A DNA stretch of 62,103 nt, the filler included, from Dehalococcoidia bacterium (lineage in GTDB: Bacteria > Chloroflexota > Dehalococcoidia > DSTF01 > RBG-16-68-14): the NCBI GenBank assembly GCA_040882355.1. It is 3 parts of 3 records of this genome, joined end to end, with 100 filler letters (N's around TTAATTAATTAA, not from the genome) between each part and the next. Parts side by side here need not be neighbours in the genome. Positions count along the whole stretch, not along the records: positions 26,808 to 52,867 come from JBBEBM010000039.1; positions 52,968 to 62,103 come from JBBEBM010000057.1; 1 more part is not named here. One strand, 5' to 3'. The translations under genes and the position numbers were made by a program. Shown piece after piece: positions 52,501 through 62,103 of this stretch; within the stretch, counting starts at the first letter, position 1, and every line of letters begins with the position of its first letter. The notes below the pieces were generated by a model, which was given only the letters and a program-made list of their open reading frames with translations, ran no database searches and was not told the DNA's origin.

Positions 52501-52658
52501 ACAACCTCGGCACGTACGGCCGCTGGGCGTTCGCCGAGTTCCGAGACGTCTACGCCATCAAGGCCGACTTCGCCGAGCAGGTCGAAAGCGAATTCAACGA
52601 CATCATCCGGTCCGTCGCGGCGACGCCGGCCGGCACTGCGGAGGCTGCGAGTGGCTAA
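49575..52658 (+). CDS. res: Type III restriction enzyme Res subunit
   Basis: ATGAGKT, NDEAHH, LSATP, MLTEGWD, EQVIGR, YRPDF..VEIKG. Confidence 0.92.
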   Translation: MSEPFFDQPILNSPYEYPGRHWELDESGQPTQRTLDHRRRAEFITPIPKPKKRRDRGAQQQMVLDEGRGLSTVEQQYDPTSLINEIRRQVDQWRALPNPNQWGVTPETARLLLYWREHEFSMYRPFFCQVEAVETLIWLTEVAPQTRAAKSLIETVENASKQSNPDFTRIALKLATGAGKTTVMAMIIAWQAVNAARRSQSSRFTRGFLVVTPGLTIKDRLRVLLPQDPDSYYQSRELVPPDMLEDVKRAKIVITNFHAFKLREKMDVSKGGRALLQGRHPAGELQTKETEGLMIQRVMPDLMGLKNVMVLNDEAHHCYRERPPTEEELELKGDERKEAEKNKEAARLWMGGLEAVKRKLGLANVVDLSATPFFLRGSGYVEGTLFPWTVSDFSLMDAIECGIVKLPRVPVADNIPGGDMPMYRNLWEHIRAKMPKKGRGKAGELDPLSIPTQLRTALDALYGHYDETFNAWRNADVKVPPCFIIVCNNMSTSKLVYDYVAGFTRGNQDGSTSLENGRLPLFRNFDEHGNPLLRPNTLLIDSIAVDSGEGIDDNFRRAAADEIERFRREIIERTGDPRQAENVSDEDLLREAMNTVGKEGQLGGTIRCVVSVSMLTEGWDATNVTHILGVRAFGTQLLCEQVIGRALRRQSYEQNEEGLFGVEYADILGIPFDFTAKPVVAKPQAPRETIQVRAVRPARDALEIRFPRVAGYRVELPEERLTAEFNEDSVLELTPDLVGATETQVSGIIGESLELTLEHTGDVRPSQIVFELTSYLLLNKWRDANEEVRYNLFGQLKRIAKEWLDGYLVCKGGTYPAQLGYKMIADMACERITAGITRAFVGQRPIVAVLDPYNPSGSTMHVNFTTSKRSRWETDSRRCHINWVILDSDWEAEFCRVAEKHPRVRAYVKNHNLGFEVPYRYGSEMRKYRPDFIVLVDDGHGEDDLLNLVVEIKGYRREDAKEKKTTMDTYWVPGVNNLGTYGRWAFAEFRDVYAIKADFAEQVESEFNDIIRSVAATPAGTAEAASG

Positions 52659-52867
52659 GCAGACGAAGAAGCCCGCCCGTCGCAAGAAAGTAGACGTCCT
52701 CGTCCACGATGAGGCGAAGCGCAAGAACATTCCGACCGCCGAATACCAGTCGGTGGCGGAGCGGGAGCCGGCGGAGGGCGTCCGCGTCGCTTACGAGCGG
52801 CGCAACCGCGACCTCGACCCGCAGCTCGTCTGGCGCGGCAAGGACGAGCAGGACTGGAGCGACCTGG
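52651..52867 (+). CDS. mod: Probable type III Mod methyltransferase, N-terminal fragment
   Basis: Overlaps res stop; RKNIPTAE..DLDPQLVWRGKD; cut by contig end before catalytic motifs. Confidence 0.75.
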
Positions 52868-52967
52868 NNNNNNNNNNNNNNNNNNNNNNNNNNNNNNNNN
52901 NNNNNNNNNNNTTAATTAATTAANNNNNNNNNNNNNNNNNNNNNNNNNNNNNNNNNNNNNNNNNNNN
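52868..52967. other. Artificial contig linker
   Basis: N run, TTAATTAATTAA, N run. Confidence 0.99.
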
Positions 52968-53009
52968 GAGTCAAGCGCCGAAGCTCGGTCGCCGGGGACG
53001 AGGGGACCG

Positions 53010-56000
53010 TCAGGCGACGCGGCGGACGCTCCCCTTCGCGGGAAGCGGCAGCGTCCCCTGGGCGTAGAGGCGGGCCAGCGCCTGCGCCACACGCGGGCTA
53101 AACTGGCTCCCTGAGCAGGCCATGATCTCCTGAATCGCCCGCTCCACCGACCGTCCCCGCCGGTACGGCCGGTCGTGGATCATCGCGTCGAAGCTGTCCG
53201 ACACCGCGACGATGGTTGCGGCGTCGGGGATCGCATCGCCGGCAAGGCCGTCGGGGTAGCCCGCGCCGTCCCAGCGTTCGTGGTGCGCCCGCGCGATGGT
53301 CGTCGCCAGCTCGAAGCCCGCTCTGCCGGCCAGAAACTGGGCTCCCCAGGTCGTGTGGTGCTTCATCAGCTCCCACTCTTCCTCTTCCAGTTGGCCTGAG
53401 CTCGCCAGGACCGTATCGGGCACGCGGATCTTGCCGATGTCGTGCAAGACCGCAGCCAGGCCAAGCTCGCGCGTCTGCTCCTCATCGCGGCCAAGCTCGC
53501 GTGCGAGCGCTTCGGTCACCGCGCGCACGCTCTGGAGATGCCGTCCTGTTGTCTGGTCGTGAGCTTCGGCAGACGCAGCGAGCAGGAGCACAGCCTCTTC
53601 CTGCGCCTCGGAGAGCCGCGTGGAGGTGACCTGGAGCTGATCGACGAGTGTCGACATGCGCACGATGGCGGTCACCTGTGTCGCCACGCCGGTCAGGAAT
53701 TGGGCATCGCGCGGCGTAAATGCGGCCTGCCGCTTGCTCACCACCGAGAGCGTGCCGACGACCTCATCCTGCCAGACCATGGGCGTGATCAACACGGAGT
53801 GGAAGCCCGCCTGGCGGAGCATGTGGCGTTGCGGCTCGGGCAACCGTTCGTCGTTCTGGGGATCGTCCAGGATCAACGGCCGGCGCGTCCGCTCCAGGAT
53901 GCGCTGAATCGGGTCCTCCCTGTCCGGGTCCAACGTCCGGCTCCAGGCTTCGACGATCTCGTTCGGCACGCGAGCGAAGGTCGTCTTCGCGGCAAGGCGG
54001 TCCGTGAGCGGAGCAAAGAGGACGAAGTTCACCGCGTCGTAACCGGCGCCGACGGATAGCCGGTGCCCCACCAACCGGAGTTTTTCGTTCAAGTCGCCGG
54101 GGTGCGTCAGCAACGGCACGATCTCGCCCACGACACGCGCCGCTCGCTCGTCGCCCAGTGGCCGGGCAGAGGCGAAGCCGGTTGCGCCCACCGGGCGCTG
54201 CCGCTTGGCCGAGTACATCGCGCTGTCGGAGAGACGGATCAGGTCCTCAACCGATTCGGCCTCCTCCGGGTAGACGGCGAGCCCCATGGTCGCCACGACC
54301 GGAATGCTGGCGCCCGTCTCCGAATCGCGCAGCCCCGCATTCGCCAGGGCCACCGACACCTCTTCCCTGTAGCGCTCGGCCGTGTCGCGATCCGCGTGAG
54401 GGAGGACCGCCACGAACTCGTCGCCTCCGTAGCGGCCGGCCAGCGCGCCGCGCCGCGAGAGCGCAGAGGCTGCCGCGACGAGTACCTGATCTCCTACCTG
54501 GTGACCGTACGTGTCGTTCACCGCCTTCAGCCCATCAACATCCATCATTGCCACAGCGTGGGGCGTGGCGGCGCTGGCCAGGGAACGCAACTCGTCAACA
54601 ATGGCGGCGTGATTGAGCACGCCGGTCAGGGGGTCGCGACGGGCCTGCTCGCGCAGGGCTTCCTCGGCGCGCTTTCGCTCCGTGATGTCGAAGGCGGTGC
54701 CCAGGACGGCTGGCTGCCCCTCGTACTCGATCCCGCGGGCCATGAAATCGAGCCAGCGCTCCTCACCGGCTTTGGTCAGCAGCATGACTTCATAGCGGGA
54801 GGGCACCTGCTCGCCGCGCTGGCGCGCCAGGCCCCGCTCGCGCACGAAGTCTTGGAAGTCGGGGTGGATCATGTCCCAAAACGACATCTTGAGGAGCTCG
54901 TCGCGGGAGTGACCCGTCAGGGCCTCGGCGGCCGAGTTGACGTAGACCATCTGCGTGCCCTGGTAGATGAACGCGGCCGCCGCTACCGTTTCCGCCAGCG
55001 AGCGGAACTTCGCTTCGCTCTCCCTGAGCGCCTCCTCAGCCCGCGCTCGCTCAGTTACATCGCGCGAGACCGTGACGACGGCCGCGGGCTTTCCGTCAGC
55101 GTCGAGCAGGGCCTGGCCATGCGCCTCCATGATCAGCCAGCGACCGTCCGCGTGGCGGATGCGGAATGTGGCCGTGGTGGGCAGGCCATCTCGCGCGATC
55201 CGCACAAACGATTCGACCGTGGCGTTCTGGTCGTCCGGATGCACGAGGGTCTCCGGCACCACGCGCGGGAGATCGCCCGGCTCGTAGCCGAGCACGCTCT
55301 TGTAGGCGGAGTTGGCAAAGCGGAAGGTGCCGTCCAGCTCCTGGATCGCGATGAGGTCCGGGGAGGTCTCCACGACGCGGTTAAGCTGCTGCTCGCTCTC
55401 CCTCAGCGCCTCCTCGGCGCGCCTGCGCTCTGTGACATCGCGAAAGCTCCAGACGCGGCCGGCCACGGCGCCCTCACGGAAGAGCGGGCGCGAGTAACGC
55501 TCGAAGACGCGACCGTCCTGGAAGCGAAGCGAATCGAAGCTCTCGTCTGCTTGCTGGTAGAGATCGCGGACCTTCGAGAGAAACGCCTCCGGGTCATCGA
55601 GTTGGTCCAGCACAAACGCCAGCAACTGCTCGTCGTCGCGCGTTTCCAGCACCTCCGGCGGGATGCGCCAGAGCTGGGCGAACAGGGGGTTCGCGTAATC
55701 GACCTTGCCTTCGTTGTCCACGACCAGGATGCCGTCGGCAGTCGACTCCAACGTTGCGCGCAGGATCTCTTCGCTCTCCTGGCGTGCTCGCTCCGCGCGG
55801 ACGCGTTCCGTCACGTCGATCGCGACGCCGATCGTGCCGGCCGGCTCGCCCTGCTCATCGCGCAGCGGCTCGTAGTGCGTCTCGAAGAAGACCCCCGCCA
55901 CCTCAACGGTGGATGTCAGCGCGTCACCTGCCAGGGCGTTGCGCACGTGCCGCAGGACCTCGGGCATCTCGCGGTAGAAGTCGAACACAGAGAACCCGAC

Positions 56001-57206
56001 AACCTGACCCGGTTTCAAGCCGAGCGCGTCAAGGCCCTTGCCTTCCGACAGCGTGAACACGCCGTCGCGATCGAGCGCAAACAGCACCATCGGGACGTTG
56101 CCGACAACGGTGCGCAGACGCTCCTCGCTCTCCTGGCGCGCTCGCTCGGCGCGCGCGCTTTCCGTGTTGTCGACGCCGACGCCAATGAAGCCCGTGACGC
56201 TGCCGTCCGGAGCGCGAAGCGGCTGGTGATGCGTTTCGAAAGACAGGCCCCTGATCTTGACGGTCGCCGTGAATGCCTCACCGGCGAGTGCCCGGCGAAC
56301 ATTCGATAGGACTTCTGGAGAATTGGGGAATGCCTCCGCGATAGTGCGCCCGACCACCTCCTCCGACTTCAGCCCCAACGCCTCCAGACCCTTGCCCTCC
56401 GACAGCGAGAACACGCCGTCCTTATCGACGGCAAAGAGGACGACCGGCGCGTTTGAGACGATGGTGGTCAGCCGTTCCTGGCTCTCTCGCAGAGCGCTGT
56501 ACGCTCCCTCCAATTCCGCTGTGCGTTCCCGGACGCGCTCCTCCAGATCCGCGTTCGCCTGCTGCAGCTCGGCGCGCGCCGTCAGCAGATCGTCGTGGGT
56601 ACGCACCGCCGCGTCACGCTCGCGACGGAGCTGGCTGCCCACCCAGTTCACCCAGGCATAGATGCTAAAGAAGACGCCCCAGCCGCCAATGATGGACGTC
56701 GCGACAAACCGGGCGTCCGTGTACCGGAACGGCCCCTGCTCCAGATAGACCCTGTGCGCGATCACGCCGTTCGCTTCGAGGAGGACGAGAGCGGTGATGG
56801 CCGCTGCGACGCCGGTCGTGTAGACGAAGCCGCGTCGCAGATCGAGAAACGTGTTCGTGAAGATGAGGCCAAAGATGTACGCCAGCGGGCCGAGCCAGGT
56901 GATACCACCGAGCAGGTACACCATCGTCGTGTGAAAGAGGATCTCGGCGGCGAGCATGGAGTAGTGCGCCGCTGAAATGGCGCGGGCGCTCGGGAGCAGG
57001 AAGACGACCCGCCAGTAGCCGACGAAGAAGATCGCCTCAGCGCAAAGGACATACAAGAAAAGGAGCGGCATGGGGATGCGCGCCACCCAGAGCCCGAACC
57101 AAAGCCCGATGAACAGGGTAACGACCACCAGCCGCGCGAGCGCCTGTGGAGTTTGCTCTGCGCGCTTGAGGCTCAGCCGGTCGAACGCGTGCGCCTGGTT
57201 AGCCAT
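53010..57206 (-). CDS. Membrane-bound multi-PAS + GGDEF + GAF + HD-GYP cyclic-dinucleotide signalling protein
   Basis: N-terminal TM helices, about 5 PAS repeats, RDPLTG, RYGGDEF, LHDIGK, HHERWDGAGYP. Confidence 0.95.
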   Translation of the reverse strand: MANQAHAFDRLSLKRAEQTPQALARLVVVTLFIGLWFGLWVARIPMPLLFLYVLCAEAIFFVGYWRVVFLLPSARAISAAHYSMLAAEILFHTTMVYLLGGITWLGPLAYIFGLIFTNTFLDLRRGFVYTTGVAAAITALVLLEANGVIAHRVYLEQGPFRYTDARFVATSIIGGWGVFFSIYAWVNWVGSQLRRERDAAVRTHDDLLTARAELQQANADLEERVRERTAELEGAYSALRESQERLTTIVSNAPVVLFAVDKDGVFSLSEGKGLEALGLKSEEVVGRTIAEAFPNSPEVLSNVRRALAGEAFTATVKIRGLSFETHHQPLRAPDGSVTGFIGVGVDNTESARAERARQESEERLRTVVGNVPMVLFALDRDGVFTLSEGKGLDALGLKPGQVVGFSVFDFYREMPEVLRHVRNALAGDALTSTVEVAGVFFETHYEPLRDEQGEPAGTIGVAIDVTERVRAERARQESEEILRATLESTADGILVVDNEGKVDYANPLFAQLWRIPPEVLETRDDEQLLAFVLDQLDDPEAFLSKVRDLYQQADESFDSLRFQDGRVFERYSRPLFREGAVAGRVWSFRDVTERRRAEEALRESEQQLNRVVETSPDLIAIQELDGTFRFANSAYKSVLGYEPGDLPRVVPETLVHPDDQNATVESFVRIARDGLPTTATFRIRHADGRWLIMEAHGQALLDADGKPAAVVTVSRDVTERARAEEALRESEAKFRSLAETVAAAAFIYQGTQMVYVNSAAEALTGHSRDELLKMSFWDMIHPDFQDFVRERGLARQRGEQVPSRYEVMLLTKAGEERWLDFMARGIEYEGQPAVLGTAFDITERKRAEEALREQARRDPLTGVLNHAAIVDELRSLASAATPHAVAMMDVDGLKAVNDTYGHQVGDQVLVAAASALSRRGALAGRYGGDEFVAVLPHADRDTAERYREEVSVALANAGLRDSETGASIPVVATMGLAVYPEEAESVEDLIRLSDSAMYSAKRQRPVGATGFASARPLGDERAARVVGEIVPLLTHPGDLNEKLRLVGHRLSVGAGYDAVNFVLFAPLTDRLAAKTTFARVPNEIVEAWSRTLDPDREDPIQRILERTRRPLILDDPQNDERLPEPQRHMLRQAGFHSVLITPMVWQDEVVGTLSVVSKRQAAFTPRDAQFLTGVATQVTAIVRMSTLVDQLQVTSTRLSEAQEEAVLLLAASAEAHDQTTGRHLQSVRAVTEALARELGRDEEQTRELGLAAVLHDIGKIRVPDTVLASSGQLEEEEWELMKHHTTWGAQFLAGRAGFELATTIARAHHERWDGAGYPDGLAGDAIPDAATIVAVSDSFDAMIHDRPYRRGRSVERAIQEIMACSGSQFSPRVAQALARLYAQGTLPLPAKGSVRRVA

Positions 57207-57342
57207 GCTCCCCGCTATAGATGGTTATCTACGTTAGTTTCGGTATTCCAGAAGACCCAGTGCAGGGATGGGCGCCTTCGGGTCAGATTCGAAGGCGGGT
57301 GCCTTGACCGCCTTCTGGCCGTGCCCTATGCTGCCCTCGCTC

Positions 57343-58593
57343 ATGAAGGCAGAGATCTGCTCCATCGGCACCGAGATTCTCCTGGGCGAGATCCTGGATA
57401 CGAATGCTCAGTACATCGCTTCCCGCCTCCCGGCCCTGGGCATCGACCTCTACTACATGTCCCAGGTAGGCGACAACCTAGAACGCTTGTCCGAAGTGGT
57501 CGGCCGCGCCTGGGACCGCTCAGACCTCGTTATCGCCACCGGTGGACTCGGGCCCACGGAGGACGACCTCACCCGGGAAGCGATCGCGCGCGTCCTGGGC
57601 GAGGAGATGACGATCGATGCTGATCTGGAGCGCCAATTGCGCGAGTTCTTCGAGAGGCGAGGCGCTTCGATGCCGGAGCGGAATCTGAAGCAGGTGACCC
57701 TCATTCCGTCAGCCCGCGCGATCCCCAACCCGCGCGGCACCGCCCCTGGCTGGTGGGTGGAGCGCGCCGGGCGGATCATCGTCGCCATGCCCGGCCCGCC
57801 ATCCGAGATGGAACGCATGTGGGAGCAGGAGGTCGCGCCGGAGCTGGAGCGCCGCCGCCCAGGCGCCGTCCTCGTCGCCCGCACACTGAAGACGGTTGGG
57901 GTGGGCGAAGGCCACCTCGACGAGATGATCAGCCCGCTTCTGAAGTCCACCAATCCCAGCATCGGCGTCTACGCGCGGGCCGATGGGGTACAGCTCCGCA
58001 TCGCCGCGAAAGCGCCTTCGCAGGAGGAGGCGTGGCGCCTCATCCAGCCGGTCGAAGAGGAGGTGCGCCGCATCCTGGGCAATGTCATCTGGGGCGCAGA
58101 CGACGATACGCTGGAGGGCGCGCTGGGCGACATGCTGCGTCAGCACGACCTGACGCTGGCGACAATGGAGTCATGCACCGGCGGCCTGCTGGCGAACACG
58201 ATCACGAACGTACCCGGCAGCTCGGGCTACTTCCGGGGGGGCCTCGTCTCCTACGCCACCGAGCTGAAGATCGAGTGGGGCGTCGACTCGGAGGTGATTG
58301 CGCAGCACGGCGTGATCAGCGCCGAGTGCGCGCGCGAAATGGCGCGTGCCGCCCGCGAACGCCTCAACGCGGACATCGCCATCGGTATCACGGGTGTCGC
58401 GGGACCCGACCCGCAGGAAGGGCACCCGCCCGGCACCATTCACATCGGCCTCGACGCCGGGTTCGCCGTGCCGCAAAGCGTGAGCTACCACTTCGCGCAG
58501 GGCCGCGAAGCGGTGAAGCGGCGAGCCGTCACGACCGCGCTGGCGCTGTTGCGTCGCACCCTCATAGACTGGAAGGGTCACGCCACCGTCTAG
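57343..58593 (+). CDS. cinA: Competence/damage-inducible protein A (NMN deamidase fusion)
   Basis: IGTEILLG..DTNA, GGLGPTEDDLT, ESCTGG, ITGVAGP; TTGACC-17-TATGCT at 57304-57332. Confidence 0.95.
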   Translation: MKAEICSIGTEILLGEILDTNAQYIASRLPALGIDLYYMSQVGDNLERLSEVVGRAWDRSDLVIATGGLGPTEDDLTREAIARVLGEEMTIDADLERQLREFFERRGASMPERNLKQVTLIPSARAIPNPRGTAPGWWVERAGRIIVAMPGPPSEMERMWEQEVAPELERRRPGAVLVARTLKTVGVGEGHLDEMISPLLKSTNPSIGVYARADGVQLRIAAKAPSQEEAWRLIQPVEEEVRRILGNVIWGADDDTLEGALGDMLRQHDLTLATMESCTGGLLANTITNVPGSSGYFRGGLVSYATELKIEWGVDSEVIAQHGVISAECAREMARAARERLNADIAIGITGVAGPDPQEGHPPGTIHIGLDAGFAVPQSVSYHFAQGREAVKRRAVTTALALLRRTLIDWKGHATV

Positions 58594-58629
58594 CGGCGTT
58601 CCGGTCACGCTTGCCCTCCAGTCATCGCC

Positions 58630-59718
58630 ATGCCTCACCACCCAGCGCTCCACACCTTCTTGCTGCTCGCGCTGCTGTTCGCCGCCTGCGCGGACGGCTC
58701 GTCCGATAGCGACACCACGCAGACGGCGACGCGGTCCCGCACCGCCGAGGCCACCCCATCGCCAGCGCGACGAGGCGAGACAGCGACGCCCATCGCGCCT
58801 CCGGGCGGCGGACTAACGCCCGAGCCGACGGTCGCCGGACCGGCCACGTCGGGCTGTATCGATCCGTACCCGCAAGGCGCCCCCTACACCCCTGAGCCCG
58901 GCGAGCCCATCACCATCCGCTCGACGGGTTACCCGGCGCCGCCCTCGCGCTACCAGCCGATGCCCTTCGCCAGCGACCCCGTGCTGGTAGGCATCGTCCG
59001 CGACACGCTGGGCGCGGACGCGGGACGTTTCGGCATCGTGATCAAGAACCTGGCGGACGGGCGAGGGGTCGCGCTGGCGCCGGACCGCGTCTATTATGCC
59101 GCCAGCCTCTTCAAGACCTGGGTGATGCTGGAGGCGTTCCACCAGCGCGAGGCGCGCGTGCTCGGCTTCGACGAACGCTACACGGTCACCGACTACTACG
59201 CCGAGTACGGCCTGACGGCCGGCCAGCTTCAGGCGTGCCAGGACGCAAGCGTGCGGGAGATGCTGCTGTCCATGATGCGCATCAGCGACAACGTGGCGGC
59301 GAACATGCTGCTCGACCGGGTCAACGCTGAGAACGTCCGCCGGGCCCTGCGCGGGATGGGCCTCCAGGTCTCCACCTTCGCCGGCGGCGGTTCGCTGCCG
59401 CTGAACGCAAGCGACACGGCGCTGCTCCTGGAGGCGATCGCCCGCCGTCAGGCGCTCAGCCCGGCCGCCAGCGATGAGATGCTGGCGCTCCTCGCCAGCG
59501 AGACCTACAACGACCGCCTGCCGGCGCTGCTCCCGGCAGGCACGCGCGTTGCGCACAAGACGGGCGACTGGGAGAACGCGACCCACGACGCCGGCATCGT
59601 CTTCTCGCCGCGCGCTACCTACGTCATCGTCGTCCTGAGCGACTTCGGCTTCAGCGACGACGGCGCCACGCCCATCGCCCGCGTCTCCCGGGCGGTCTAC
59701 GACTACTACAACCGCTAG
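58630..59718 (+). CDS. Class A beta-lactamase-like serine hydrolase lipoprotein
   Basis: Lipobox FAAC, ASLFK, SDN, HKTG. Confidence 0.88.
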   Translation: MPHHPALHTFLLLALLFAACADGSSDSDTTQTATRSRTAEATPSPARRGETATPIAPPGGGLTPEPTVAGPATSGCIDPYPQGAPYTPEPGEPITIRSTGYPAPPSRYQPMPFASDPVLVGIVRDTLGADAGRFGIVIKNLADGRGVALAPDRVYYAASLFKTWVMLEAFHQREARVLGFDERYTVTDYYAEYGLTAGQLQACQDASVREMLLSMMRISDNVAANMLLDRVNAENVRRALRGMGLQVSTFAGGGSLPLNASDTALLLEAIARRQALSPAASDEMLALLASETYNDRLPALLPAGTRVAHKTGDWENATHDAGIVFSPRATYVIVVLSDFGFSDDGATPIARVSRAVYDYYNR

Positions 59719-59755
59719 AGCGAGCCTGTGGATTGCCCGAGTTCAGGCCGAAGGT

Positions 59756-59795
59756 CCATGCCGTAGGACAGGCTGAAGCCTGTCCCACGGCATGG
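59756..59795. repeat. REP-like long hairpin
   Basis: CCATGCCGT-AGGACAGGC-TGAA-GCCTGTCCC-ACGGCATGG. Confidence 0.7.
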
Positions 59796-59968
59796 CAGGG
59801 AAGCCTGCATCGAATCTGGCTCCGTACCTGTGCTATAGTTGAGTCGGTCTACCAGGCAGACGCTCCAGGAGCAGGGCGCGGGCCGGTGGAGGGCAAGGCC
59901 CTCGTCCGGCCCTTGTCCCATCAGCGTCACCGCGTCGAGTCCCCGAGGGAGTCGGGAAGGAACAGTCT

Positions 59969-60925
<957 letters not shown>

Positions 60926-60931
60926 GGCATC

Positions 60932-62103
<1,172 letters not shown>

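Noticed and set aside
52970..52980. GTCAAGCGCCG matching the reverse complement of 20446-20456 as a possible att site
   Set aside because: An 11-bp match on another contig with no element genes nearby; chance is likely
53010..57206. GGDEF plus HD-GYP in one protein as a novelty
   Set aside because: Well-known bifunctional architecture
58630..59718. Antibiotic-resistance beta-lactamase
   Set aside because: SxxK/SDN/KTG are shared with many PBP-like hydrolases; no clear omega-loop Glu motif; housekeeping context

Overview
Three unrelated contigs (1-26707, 26808-52867, 52968-62103) joined by artificial N-TTAATTAATTAA-N linkers, from a high-GC bacterium (gene content suggests Chloroflexota/Dehalococcoidia-like; inference only). 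Core genes include acnA, modABC, mgtE, tRNA-Gly(TCC), a pdhABC-lpdA-lipA-lipB cluster, an ilvC-like gene, a Lon-like protease, cinA, prs and secA. Accessory content: a kinase-STAND-TPR-cyclase protein facing an FHA-FHA-ABC transporter; a lower-GC three-gene operon (SMC-like ABC ATPase, HEAT-repeat histidine kinase, receiver-kinase fusion) that is the best candidate for an undescribed conflict/defence system; a NYN ribonuclease preceded by promoter, possible pseudoknot RNA and terminator (type III toxin-antitoxin-like layout); a truncated phage-satellite-like element beside tRNA-Gly; three type II TA pairs; and a type III restriction-modification locus. Four cargo loci are bracketed by diverged copies of neighbouring sequence and a fifth such duplication is tandem, suggesting a recurring insertion scar. 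No CRISPR array seen. All family calls are by motif recognition, not database search.
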